From Calditrichia bacterium (GTDB lineage: Bacteria > Calditrichota > Calditrichia > JAJRVZ01): DNA of 64,000 bases. The notes below the pieces were generated by a model, which was not told the DNA's origin, searched no databases, and saw only the letters and a list, made by a program, of their open reading frames with translations. Positions 38,335-48,457 of this stretch are shown here, piece by piece (positions within the stretch are counted from its first letter, which is position 1; each line of letters starts with the position of its first letter). A program made the position numbers and the translations under genes. The stretch is taken from contig CAWCNS010000012.1 of the NCBI GenBank assembly GCA_963796965.1, forward strand, positions 61,279 through 125,278, in the 5' to 3' direction.

Positions 38335-38895
38335 ATGACGAATGATAAAGTGGTTTCTTTTGACAATGAGATGCTTATCCTTGTCGATAATAAAGACAAT
38401 ATTCTTGACTATAAATCGAAAATTGATTGCCATCAGGGGGATGGCATTCTACACCGGGCTTTTTCGATCTTCATTTTTAATAATGATAAGGAATTAATCT
38501 TACAAAAACGCAGTCAGCAAAAATTGTTATGGCCTATGTATTGGTCTAATACCTGTTGTAGTCATCCACGGAAGGGGGAGGAAGTTGATGAAGCCATCCA
38601 TCGACGGTTGATGGAGGAGATAGGATTTGATACGGAATTGAAATATCTTTATAAATTTAAATATCAGGCCCAATTCCTTGATGTCGGGGCAGAAAACGAA
38701 TTATGTTCTGTCTTTATTGGCAAATCAAATGATACTGTACGCGTCAATGATAATGAAATCGCCGAATGGCGGTATATCAGCATTTCTGATCTGACTTCAG
38801 AGATTCTGGCGAATCCTCTCTCCTTTACACCCTGGTTTAAGATGGAATGGGAGCGATTGACTTCTCAGCATTTATCAGAAATAGAAGCGCTTTAA
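38335..38895 (+). CDS. idi: Isopentenyl-diphosphate delta-isomerase, type 1 (Nudix)
   Basis: LHRAFSIFIFN, WSNTCCSHP and RRLMEEIG motifs. Confidence 0.85.
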   Translation: MTNDKVVSFDNEMLILVDNKDNILDYKSKIDCHQGDGILHRAFSIFIFNNDKELILQKRSQQKLLWPMYWSNTCCSHPRKGEEVDEAIHRRLMEEIGFDTELKYLYKFKYQAQFLDVGAENELCSVFIGKSNDTVRVNDNEIAEWRYISISDLTSEILANPLSFTPWFKMEWERLTSQHLSEIEAL

Positions 38896-40592
38896 TATCC
38901 GGAAGCCTGTCCATCTTTTCTTGATTCAGAAGCACCCACATATACCTTGTTCAGTTCATCATACATGATTGCCTGATAACCGCCATACCCCCCGGTATTA
39001 AACTGAACGACATGTCCCATTTTATCGAGCGCGCGCAGGGTTTCATGTGCAAATCCGGTTTCCAGATAAACCCGGCCGCCATCAGTCATTTTCTGACCTG
39101 TGGGTTGAGAGGAGCCCACGTGTCTGATTCGTGGAGCATCACCGGCTTCCTGTAAGTTCATCCCAAAATCAATCATGTTTATCAAGATCTGCACGTGGCC
39201 CTGTGGCTGCATAGAACCACCCATGACGCCAAAACTTATATAAGGTTTACCATCTTTTGTTACAAAAGCCGGTATGATGGTGTGAAATGGACGTTTCCCA
39301 GGCTCATAGGTATTAAAGTGATCTTCTTCGAGAGTGAAAAGGTTACCACGATCTTGAAGACAGAATCCTAATCCGTCCGGTGTCATACCTGATCCCATCC
39401 CACCGATAATTACTCTGGATAAAGGATACCATATTCCCCTCCTGATCCGCGACGGTTAAGTAAATGGTATCACCACCATCGGGGGGAGCAATTCCGGCAG
39501 GGAAAGTTCTTCCGGCACGTTCCTTATTGATTAACTTCTTTCGCTCTACTGCATATTCTTTAGAAATTAAGTAATTGATTGGAATAGTGTTAAAATCCGG
39601 ATCAGCATAAAATTTAGCCCGATCCTCATAAACAATTTTTTTGGATTCCAGAAAATAATGAAGATGCTCTTTACTACCAAAACCATAAGATTTCAGATCA
39701 TATTGTTCAAGAATGTTTAGAATTTGCAATGCAGCAATACCCTGGCCATTTGGCGGTAATTCCCAAATATCAAAACCACGGTAGTTGGTGGAAACCGGTT
39801 CAACCCAATCAGATTGATGGTTGGCCATATCCTCATAGGCAAGGAAGCCACCCTCCCGTTTCATATAAGCGGCAATCGTCTCTGGCAATGGGACCTTTAT
39901 AAAAATAATCCCTGCCGTTCTTAGCGATACCCTCCAGGGTATTTGCTAAATTCGGATTTTTAAAAATCTGTCCCTTTACCGGTGCCTGTCCATCAATAGT
40001 GTACGTTTCTGTAAATCCCGGGTATTTCATTCGCGCTGATAGATTCAGTTTCCAGGCATAGGCAATAACTTCACTCAAGCGGAAATCCTTCCCGAGCATA
40101 GTTAATTGCCGGGTTAAGAATATCGGACATGGCAAGCTTGCCAAATTTATTATGCAGTTCAAACCAACCGTCCACACAGCCAGGAACAGATACGGGTAAC
40201 GGTCCTAGAGCTGGAATGGTTGTATAGCCATTCTTTAAAAAGTAATCTATCGTAAGAGTGGACGGAGATCGACCACTGGCATTAAGGCCATATAATTTTT
40301 GTGATTTTGCATCCCAGACGATAGCAAAGAGATCCCCTCCTATGCCACAACCGGTTGGTTCCATTAATCCTAAAGCGGCATTGGCCGCAATGGCAGCATC
40401 TACAGCAGATCCTCCCATTTTTAGGATATCGAGAGCAATCTGTGTTGCCAGGGGTTGACTCGTTGCTGCCATGCCATTTTTCGCAATGACCTCAGAGCGG
40501 GTTGTAAAGGATCTGTCAGTAATTCTGTCACTACTTATTACCGAAAGGGGAATTAAAACAAAAAACATCAATGCCGTTAAAAATTCGTCCAT
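38892..40592 (-). pseudogene. ggt: Gamma-glutamyltransferase split into four overlapping ORFs by three frame shifts
   Basis: The fragments 40071-40592, 39833-40177, 39343-39888 and 38892-39398 read consecutively as a GGT: signal peptide, GIGGDLF, the nucleophile region DGGDTIYLTVAD, GGMGSG and GVMGGSMQPQGH. Confidence 0.8.
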
Positions 40593-40664
40593 TTGGTTCT
40601 CCTTTATTATCGCCAGTTGGTGTGAAAAAGATTTAAATAAGATATGGATCTTAATAATAATTTA

Positions 40665-40768
40665 TCGGGCGAACACACCCCGTAGAACGGGGTCTTCGAC
40701 GCGGTACGCCCCTATATTAAACTAAATATGTGTTTATGAGCGTAGGGGCAGACCCATGTGTCTGCCCT
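40665..40768. repeat. Two family E GC-rich hairpins (40665-40714 and 40742-40768)
   Basis: CGGGCGAACACACCCCGTAGAACGGGGTCTTCGACGCGGTACGCCCCTAT and GTAGGGGCAGACCCATGTGTCTGCCCT. They share the TAGGGGC(A/G)(G/T)ACC motif with 33736-33767. Confidence 0.65.
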
Positions 40769-41047
40769 GATTAATTTTAAACCTGCCCTAACTAAATTTT
40801 CAACCGCCCTGAGCATATTTTGCCCATCTTATAATTTTTTCTCCGTGTGATCGAGATGATATAACTTATCTCTAATATAACATTGGATTTCCAAATGTAA
40901 AGAAAACATCCTAATTATTCATCAATATATATTTCGAATTTCTTTTTACTTTTGCCTTTTTACTTTTTACTTTTGAAAATCTATTACCTAACAATAAGAG
41001 GTCTAAAATGAATTTAATACAGAGATGTTCACTTTTTTTCATATCAC

Positions 41048-41087
41048 GTAAATGTAACGGCGCGATTAATCGCGTCGCTACATTTAC
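41048..41087. repeat. 40-nt near-perfect palindrome GTAAATGTAACGGCGCGATT|AATCGCGTCGCTACATTTAC
   Basis: 18 of 20 positions are self-complementary. It lies inside the 5' extension of the amidase ORF predicted by the ORF track. Confidence 0.7.
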
Positions 41088-41103
41088 CACCATAAGTTTT
41101 TTA

Positions 41104-42732
41104 ATGTTACTCTTGATAACGATGTTATCTTGTCAGCAGGGAGACAATAAAGAATTACGGATAACTCAGAGCCATGTGAAAAATGCAGAAAAAATAATCG
41201 GTCTCACCTTTAGTGAATCGGAACGAGATTCCATGTTAAAAAACCTGGATGAGGAGTTGCAGAATTATGAAAAAATTCGTGATATCCCCATTCCAAATGA
41301 ATTAGCTCCTGCACTTATATTTGATCCAAAACCAATCGGATTTAAACTCAAACAAGGTGAGTCCTCATTTAAACCAGGCTATTCAAGCAAAGCAAAATTA
41401 CCAGAGAATAGGGATGATCTGGCCTTTTACAGTATCCAGGATCTGGCCTTTCTAATACGTACACAGCAAATATCTTCCCTGGAGTTAACCCGTTTTTTTC
41501 TGGAAAGACTTAAGAAATATGATACAAAATTGCATTGTGTCATAACGCTAACTGAAGAATTAGCATTAAAAGAAGCAGTCCAGGCTGATAAAGATATTGC
41601 GGAAGGGAATTATAAGGGGCTGCTGCATGGCATACCCTATGGCATAAAAGATCTTTTTGCTGTTGCCGGTTATAAAACAACCTGGGGCGCCACGCCCTAC
41701 AAAGATCAAATTATTTCTCAGGATGCAACGGTGGTAAAAAAATTACGGGATGCTGGAGCGGTATTATTAGCAAAACTAACTCTGGGGGCGCTTGCCTGGG
41801 GAGATGTATGGTTTGGTGGGAAAACGCGTAATCCCTGGGATTTGGAACAAGGCTCCAGTGGCTCATCTGCGGGTTCAGCTTCAGCGACAGCAGCAGGCCT
41901 GGTACCTTTCGCGATTGGAACCGAGACCTGGGGATCCATTGTATCACCTTCCACCAGGTGTGGGACCAGTGGCTTACGACCGACTTTCGGCCGGGTGAGC
42001 AGGGCAGGGGCGATGGCATTGAGTTGGTCTATGGATAAAATTGGACCGATCTGTCGGTCGGTAGAGGACTGTGCGATTGTTTTTAATGCCATATATGGAT
42101 TTGATGCGCAAGATCAATCAACTGTAGATGTACCCTTTGAATATTCACCGGGCCTGGCATTAAAAAAACTTCGCGTGGGGTATTTAAAATCTGCCTTTGA
42201 AGAGGATTATGATAATAGGGAGAATGATCAGCAGGCGTTAGATAAAATACGAAAATTGGGTTTTGATCTGATTGAAATAAGTCTTCCAGATATTCCTGTT
42301 TATGCCATGTCCTTCATACTGAGTGCTGAAGCAGCAGCGGCTTTTGATGAATTAACGCGATCCGGAAAAGATGATCTACTGGTCAGACAAATTAAAAATG
42401 CCTGGCCTAATGCGTTTCGTTCAGCAAGATTTATCCCTGCTGTGGAATATATTCAGGCTAACCGTCTCCGTCAAAAGTTAATACAGGAAATGCATAAAGT
42501 GATGACAGATATTGATTTATATATTGCACCTTCTTTTGGTGGTGGGAATCTTCTTTTAACAAACCTATCCGGACATCCATGTGTCGTAATGCCAAATGGT
42601 TTTGATAAAGAAGGTCACCCGGGAAGTATTAGTTTTACCGGCCGTTTATATGAAGAAGGGCAGTTATTAGCTTTTGCCAGAATGTATCAGGAATCAACAG
42701 ATTTTCATTTGCAGCATCCGGTAGATTTTTAG
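41104..42732 (+). CDS. Amidase-signature family amidase, probable lipoprotein
   Basis: GSSGSSAGSASATAAG (AS motif), GIPYGIKDLF, and the lipobox-like MLLLITMLSC at ATG 41104. The upstream 32 codons cross a palindromic repeat. Confidence 0.8.
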   Translation: MLLLITMLSCQQGDNKELRITQSHVKNAEKIIGLTFSESERDSMLKNLDEELQNYEKIRDIPIPNELAPALIFDPKPIGFKLKQGESSFKPGYSSKAKLPENRDDLAFYSIQDLAFLIRTQQISSLELTRFFLERLKKYDTKLHCVITLTEELALKEAVQADKDIAEGNYKGLLHGIPYGIKDLFAVAGYKTTWGATPYKDQIISQDATVVKKLRDAGAVLLAKLTLGALAWGDVWFGGKTRNPWDLEQGSSGSSAGSASATAAGLVPFAIGTETWGSIVSPSTRCGTSGLRPTFGRVSRAGAMALSWSMDKIGPICRSVEDCAIVFNAIYGFDAQDQSTVDVPFEYSPGLALKKLRVGYLKSAFEEDYDNRENDQQALDKIRKLGFDLIEISLPDIPVYAMSFILSAEAAAAFDELTRSGKDDLLVRQIKNAWPNAFRSARFIPAVEYIQANRLRQKLIQEMHKVMTDIDLYIAPSFGGGNLLLTNLSGHPCVVMPNGFDKEGHPGSISFTGRLYEEGQLLAFARMYQESTDFHLQHPVDF

Positions 42733-42813
42733 TAAGATGGAAACGGGTGTATGTAATGTAAATTGGATGGTTTTAGATTAGCACTACAGGGTTAATGCAA
42801 AAGGTCTAACTGG

Positions 42814-42954
42814 ATTCCTCCTTAGAAGGGGCTGTTGCAGATTAGGTTCATTGGCACAATTTATTAGAATTGCATGATCTGTCTCCTCCTTGAGAAAGGG
42901 GGACTAATCCCGTCATACGGAGATCTAATCCCCTTTCGAAGGGGAGGGGGATGT
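42814..42954 (+). repeat. Repeat family B, copy 1 (conserved ends, divergent core)
   Basis: The left end CCTCCTTAGAAGGGGCTGTTGCAGATTAGG and right end ATCTAATCCCCTTTCGAAGGGGAGGGGGATGT match the ends of 61529-61641 and 63543-63659. Confidence 0.75.
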
Positions 42955-42996
42955 TTATACATAACTTATATTAAAAATCTTATATAATCTTAACTT

Positions 42997-43059
42997 CAAT
43001 TACCAATTACCAATTACTATTTACTAATCCCCAATTCCGAATTACAAATTCCTAATACC
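42997..43059. repeat. Heptanucleotide array (9 units: CAATTAC x3, then degenerate)
   Basis: caattac caattac caattac tatttac taatccc caattcc gaattac aaattcc taatacc. Confidence 0.8.
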
Positions 43060-43080
43060 TGAAACATAAGCCAGATTTAT

Positions 43081-45003
43081 CTAACTGGTGCTAATTTTAT
43101 GCCCGGGTAGGCGAACATCACCTTTGCGTCGGGTAAATCCTTCAGCATCAAGATATTCAAAAAGAGGAATGGCATATTTTCGGGTTGTATTGATGAAGGT
43201 TTTTAAATCGGCAACAGGCATCTCTTCATGATTTTGAAAATAGTTTTGGAGGTGATTTATAATATCATTCCAGCAGGTTTGATGAAGATAAAAATCCTGC
43301 ATGATATGAATGAGACGATTCTCCTTGATTAGAAGATTGGCTACTGACCGTATCTCGGCCGGGGACATCTCCAGGTCATAGGAGATATCTGTTAGAGACG
43401 GCGGAGAATAACGCGCCTCAATAAATCTTTTTTCAATAGCATCCTTCACTTCATCTACGTTTTTACTAACTTTTATTTTAAATTCTTTTAAGGAATAAAA
43501 CTGGTTTTCCATTTTCAAAGTATTATTGTTGATTAGTTTTTTCAGAGCAGCTTCAATAATTTCCGATGATATCCATGATTGATGGGAATGACTTAACAGG
43601 GTCTGTGTATTAATTCCAGGCAAGTGGCTGTTTTGTTGGTGAAATTCTTCAATTTGAGATTTTAATATGTTAACAAGCCTATCAAAGTTTTCTTCAAGTA
43701 TATAATGGGAGGTTCCCTTGATTTGAAGAATACGTATCTTTTTTTGTTTTATTAAACTATCAATATATCTTTTTATAATGTCATTATTTTGAAATAATTT
43801 TTGCCCTAGGAAGGCCAGAGAGACTGGTGTAAGGTACAACCGCTGTAGTATCGAGGTGAGAACATCAAGATCATCACCATCTACCATTGTCTTAAAATAG
43901 GCTTGCCATTCGCTCTCATTATGATGGATTTTTGGCGGATTGATCTCTAAAATCCTTCCACCTGCTAGGGTGATAACCGGAGAATTGAGTCGTATAAGAA
44001 ATGCGTCATTTCTTGCTGCTGCAATGGGTGATTCAAGAACAACTCTAACATGATATTTCGAACGCTCATTTAAATACTTTGATTTTTCATACCAGATTAA
44101 TCGTCCAATATTTTCTGCTGTCCCGGTATAGATGCGAACATTACTTCTATTGCCAATCTTGATAGGAATATTGGAAACGGTGGTCAATACGCCGCTAAAC
44201 TCATTTGTGCTGGTCAAAGAATCTGGTTTTATAAGAACATCTCCTCTTGCGATGTCAGTTTTTGAAATTCCCTGAAGGTTTATTGCCGCCCGGTCTCCGG
44301 CAATCACTGATTCAGTTTCATGACCATGTGCCTGTAATCCACGAACATTCTTCAATATACCAGAGGGTAATACTTGAATCTCTTCTCCCTTGGAAAGGTT
44401 ACCCGAAAGGACTGTGCCGGTGACAACAGTCCCAAATCCCTTTATTACAAAAGACCGGTCAACCAGATGACGAAAAGGCTGCGAAGATTCTGATTCACTC
44501 TGCTCTTGAATTTTTTGATTAACAATATCGCCAAGTTTCTCAATATTGTGGTTTGTGCCAGCAGAAACAGAAATAATTGGCGAGGATTGGAGATTATATT
44601 TTTCTAATAATTGTGAGACCTCATCTTCTATCAATGCCAACCATTCTTCGTCTACAAGGTCAGTTTTATTAATAACAACAATGCCATCTCTTACATTGAA
44701 AAAATTAAGGATATCCAGATGTTCAATCGTTTGAGGCATAATCCCATCATCTGCAGCAATAACCAACATGAAAAAATCGATGGTGCTGACACCAGCAACC
44801 ATATTGCGAATAAATTTTTCATGGCCTGGTACATCTAGTATCGTTACATCATCCCGCCAATAAGCAAATCCTATATCAATAGTAATACCACGCTCTTTTT
44901 CTTCTTTTAACCGATCTGCGTCAATACCGGTTAATGCCTTGATAACAGCTGTCTTGCCATGATCTATATGACCGGCGGTACCGATAATTGTGTGCTTTTT
45001 CAT
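43081..45003 (-). CDS. selB: Selenocysteine-specific translation elongation factor SelB
   Basis: GTPase motifs [16 protein letters not shown] and NKTD. Long C-terminal winged-helix region. The start overlaps the selA stop. Confidence 0.9.
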   Translation of the reverse strand: MKKHTIIGTAGHIDHGKTAVIKALTGIDADRLKEEKERGITIDIGFAYWRDDVTILDVPGHEKFIRNMVAGVSTIDFFMLVIAADDGIMPQTIEHLDILNFFNVRDGIVVINKTDLVDEEWLALIEDEVSQLLEKYNLQSSPIISVSAGTNHNIEKLGDIVNQKIQEQSESESSQPFRHLVDRSFVIKGFGTVVTGTVLSGNLSKGEEIQVLPSGILKNVRGLQAHGHETESVIAGDRAAINLQGISKTDIARGDVLIKPDSLTSTNEFSGVLTTVSNIPIKIGNRSNVRIYTGTAENIGRLIWYEKSKYLNERSKYHVRVVLESPIAAARNDAFLIRLNSPVITLAGGRILEINPPKIHHNESEWQAYFKTMVDGDDLDVLTSILQRLYLTPVSLAFLGQKLFQNNDIIKRYIDSLIKQKKIRILQIKGTSHYILEENFDRLVNILKSQIEEFHQQNSHLPGINTQTLLSHSHQSWISSEIIEAALKKLINNNTLKMENQFYSLKEFKIKVSKNVDEVKDAIEKRFIEARYSPPSLTDISYDLEMSPAEIRSVANLLIKENRLIHIMQDFYLHQTCWNDIINHLQNYFQNHEEMPVADLKTFINTTRKYAIPLFEYLDAEGFTRRKGDVRLPGHKISTS

Positions 45004-46380
45004 AAGACTCGATTTAGCGTTTTACTGACGACATCTATATCGTCATCTAATACAGCTAGGAGGTCCAGATGATAGGTATTGTCTAAAATATATCCGAATA
45101 AAGGTGTTTTTTGCATACGCAGTTTTTTTGCCAATTGATTAGCAGTTAAAACAGATGATGTTATTTGAAAGGCGAGGGAGGGTATGGGAGAAACCGGGTA
45201 AGCCCCGCTTCCGGCGCGGCCGGAAGAATTAATTAGTTTCAACTTTGTACGATGTTTTTCATCCAGTTGGTCTACTATGTGATTAGCCATTTTACGCAAT
45301 TGGTTTTCGGTTCTGGATAATAGATTTAAAGTCAGGTTGTTTTCAAAGAGCGTATTGCTGTACAAGTATTGTTGTAATGTCTTAGAAAGCAGGGCGAGAT
45401 TTATTTTATCACATCGGAGAGCCCTCAGAAGATGGTTTCTTCTAATTTTTTTAATCGGGGTTTCTTTACCTAAGTATGATACCTGCCTGTGGTCCGCCGA
45501 GGAGTTTGTCGCCTGAAAAACAGACAATATCAAAACCCATATCCAGAACATCTCTGACAACCGGTTCTTGTTCAAATCCTAACTTTTGTAAATCAATTAA
45601 GGCGCCACTACCCAGATCATAAATGACCGGTACATTCCTGGCCCGGGCAATACGAATTATTTCAGCATGATCCGGTTTCTGGGTGAATCCTACAATTTTA
45701 AAATTAGATGGATGAACGAGCATTATGGCTGCTGTTTTTTCTGAAATAGCAGAATCATAATCTTTCAAATGCGTCTTGTTTGTAGAACCGATCTCAATCA
45801 TTTTAGCGCCACTGCTTTTCATCACTTCAGCCATTCTGAACGAGCCGCCGATCTCAACCAACTCACCACGGGATATGATTACTTCTTTGCGTTTTGCGAT
45901 TGAATTTAAAATTAACAATACGGCAGCTGCATTATTGTTTACAATTACTGCATCCTCAGTGCCGGTGATAAGTTTGAGTAGCGGTATAATATGGTCTAAG
46001 CGCTCTCCCCGTTTACCGGAATCAATGTTAATCTCAAGATTTGTATATCCGAGGATGCTATTCAGATTCTCAATTGATTGATTACCCAAAGGGGCTCGTC
46101 CCAGACCAGTGTGGAGAATTACACCCGTGCCATTTATGATTCTTTTAAATGAAGGAGATGTTAAATCTTTAACATTTGAACCGACTTCAATTCTGATATG
46201 CTCAGTTATATCTTGTCTGGTTTTTTCCTTTAATCGAAAACTCTCCGGGTTCGATTTTATTCCAGAAACAGTTTCCTCTATGAGTGTTTTTAAAAATGGG
46301 GGAGAAAAATGTGGATGATCATTCTTTAATAAATTAATAAGGTCATTTATTGAAGGTATTTTTGCAAGAATTGATTGCAT
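45000..46380 (-). CDS. selA: L-seryl-tRNA(Sec) selenium transferase SelA; frame interrupted at about 45466-45473
   Basis: The N-terminal ORF ends ...FSGDKLLGGPQAGIILR* (PLP-lysine motif). The next frame continues GKETPIKKIRRNHLLRALRCDKINLALL... Confidence 0.8.
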
Positions 46381-46439
46381 TAGCGTTTTCTGGCAATTGC
46401 AGGTAATGGTGTAATATTTATTCTAGTCTGATTTATTTT

Positions 46440-46562
46440 CACCACAGAGGACGCAGAGTATTATTAAAACTTATAAAATCAAATAGTTAGATAACTATCA
46501 GTTAGTTTTACTTACGCCAATTAAAGTGTAATTATATAGTGCCCTCTGTGATCTCTGTGGTT
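46440..46562. repeat. MITE-like element: CACAGAG-type inverted repeats flanking an ~80-nt AT-rich core
   Basis: The left arm CACCACAGAGGACGCAGAG matches the reverse complement of the right arm AACCACAGAGATCACAGAGGGCAC. Same architecture as 32273-32414. Confidence 0.7.
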
Positions 46563-46623
46563 TCTATATCGAGAATTTCAGAAAAATTATGATCCGGAAA
46601 AATTAAATGCCCAAACAATATGG

Positions 46624-47901
46624 CTATTCTGTAAAAGTCTTTTGAATTCTTACGTTCTTAATTCTCCGACGATAAACTTTTTCAACGGTAAATTTATAAT
46701 TTTCATAGGCAATAGATTGTTTTTCCTTTGGAACAGATCCAAATAGCCCAAAAAGAAACCCACCTATCGTTTCAACACCTTCCTCTGTAGGCAAGTTTAG
46801 ATCAAGTTCTTCGTTTAACTCTTCAAGATCCATGCTGCCATCTACCAGGTATTCAAGGTCACTAATTTTCTGATACAATGGTAGTTCCGAATCATGCTCG
46901 TCCTGTATTTCACCAACAATCTCTTCAATGATATCTTCTAAAGTGACCAAACCTGCCGTTCCGCCATATTCGTCTACCACAATGGCCATATGGATACGTT
47001 CTTTTTGAAATTCTCTTAAAAGTTCATCTATTTTTTTCTGCTCAGGGACGAAATAAGCCGTTCTTGCTAATTTCTCCAGGTTAACTTTCTCGCTGCTTTT
47101 TTTATTGATTAAAGGCAGTAAATCTTTGGCGTAAATGATACCTATGATATTATCAACTTTATCCCGGTAGAGCGGGATTCGACTATGAAGATGCTGATTA
47201 ATCAGACCCAGGAGCATATTTAATTCTGAATTGACCGGGGTACTAACCATATCGATGCGGGGAATCATTATCTCGCGAACTGTTGTTTCTCCAAATTCAA
47301 AAATAGAATGAATCATTTCTTTTTCATCTTGTTGCAAAGTTCCTTTTTCTTCTACGACATCTACGAGAGATAAAAGTTCCTCCTCTGAAACAAGGAATTT
47401 ATTTTTACTCACCCGTAGAATTGAACTTAACCATTGTGTGAAGGCATGGAAAATGCTTACGATAGGGGAGAACAGGTAGAAAAATATAGTAAGAGGAAAA
47501 GCAAAATTTCGCGCTACTTTTTTTGCATTTTTAACGGCTGCAATTTTGGGAACAATTTCAGTACAGATTAAAATAACAAATGTTACAATGATAACATCAA
47601 TTATTACACCTATGTTCGGATCAAATCCCACCTTTTCACAAATATCAATTGTCAGAATAGCTGCCAGGGATGCGGCCCCAATATTAACAACCGTGTTTCC
47701 AACTAGAATAGTAATCAATAATCTTTTTGATTGGGAGAGGAGGGTTATTACCTGTTTCGAGCCATAGTCTTTTTTTGAACGCATTCTTTCCAGGTCCCTA
47801 GCAGATAAGGAAAAATACGCTGTCTCTGAGGCAGAGAAAAAGCCTGAGAGAATCAATAAAAATAAAAAAACAACGCCATATGAAAAAATCACAATATCCA
47901 A
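46624..47901 (-). CDS. CNNM/CorC-type hemolysin-family protein (DUF21 TM domain + CBS pair + CorC_HlyC)
   Basis: Four N-terminal TM helices, a CBS pair ([10 protein letters not shown]...), and the C-terminal transporter-associated domain. Confidence 0.85.
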   Translation of the reverse strand: MDIVIFSYGVVFLFLLILSGFFSASETAYFSLSARDLERMRSKKDYGSKQVITLLSQSKRLLITILVGNTVVNIGAASLAAILTIDICEKVGFDPNIGVIIDVIIVTFVILICTEIVPKIAAVKNAKKVARNFAFPLTIFFYLFSPIVSIFHAFTQWLSSILRVSKNKFLVSEEELLSLVDVVEEKGTLQQDEKEMIHSIFEFGETTVREIMIPRIDMVSTPVNSELNMLLGLINQHLHSRIPLYRDKVDNIIGIIYAKDLLPLINKKSSEKVNLEKLARTAYFVPEQKKIDELLREFQKERIHMAIVVDEYGGTAGLVTLEDIIEEIVGEIQDEHDSELPLYQKISDLEYLVDGSMDLEELNEELDLNLPTEEGVETIGGFLFGLFGSVPKEKQSIAYENYKFTVEKVYRRRIKNVRIQKTFTE

Positions 47902-48013
47902 GGTATCTATTTTCCTTTGTTACTCTAACTTACAATAATTTAATATTAATCGGCAAATCTGCAAATTCAATTTTAAAGAATAATTTTTATAGCCCCAGCC
48001 TAGGCCGTAATGT

Positions 48014-48457
48014 CTATGTTGGAGACGAAAAATTTTCAAATCTCTTCTCAGCCTGGTGGAGATAGTAATCTTCCTGTTCCTTCATTTTCTTTCTTTTTCT
48101 CTCTTCTGTATCATCGTATCCGGAAAGGTGTAAACAGGCGTGAATTAATAGTCTCATTATTTCATTTTGGTAAGATACATTATATTTTTCAGCATTTTCA
48201 CGAGCCCGATCAATGCTTATATAGATCTCTGAGTCAATGGAAGGAGAGTCGCTTAAATTGAAGGTCATTACATCTGTAAAAGTATCATCGTTAAGAAAAT
48301 CCCGATGCAACTCTTTTAAAGATTGATCGTCAGTAAATATGACATCTATTATCTCTGCAGATAAGTCTAACTCATCACATATCCAGAATAATAAATCTTT
48401 GATAATTCCCCGGTATCTAATGGAATCCCCTGCATTATCGTGAATTTGAATTTCCAT
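48014..48457 (-). CDS. ybeY: rRNA maturation endoribonuclease YbeY
   Basis: Zinc motif HACLHLSGYDD. About 147 aa. Sits in the conserved pgpH-ybeY-corC neighbourhood. Confidence 0.85.
   Translation of the reverse strand: MEIQIHDNAGDSIRYRGIIKDLLFWICDELDLSAEIIDVIFTDDQSLKELHRDFLNDDTFTDVMTFNLSDSPSIDSEIYISIDRARENAEKYNVSYQNEIMRLLIHACLHLSGYDDTEERKRKKMKEQEDYYLHQAEKRFENFSSPT

Noticed and set aside
41711-42092. ORFs of 102, 124 and 68 aa overlapping the amidase gene
   Set aside because: They sit in the locally GC-richer part of a clearly conserved amidase-signature gene. Their translations are Pro/Ser/Arg-rich and look like frame shadows.
42733-43080. tRNA-Sec (selC) or another tRNA next to selB/selA (46381-46623 also checked)
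   Set aside because: Neither spacer has a cloverleaf-compatible acceptor/T-arm such as a GGTTCGAATCC-like box. Both are occupied by repeat family B, the heptamer array and the inverted-repeat element.
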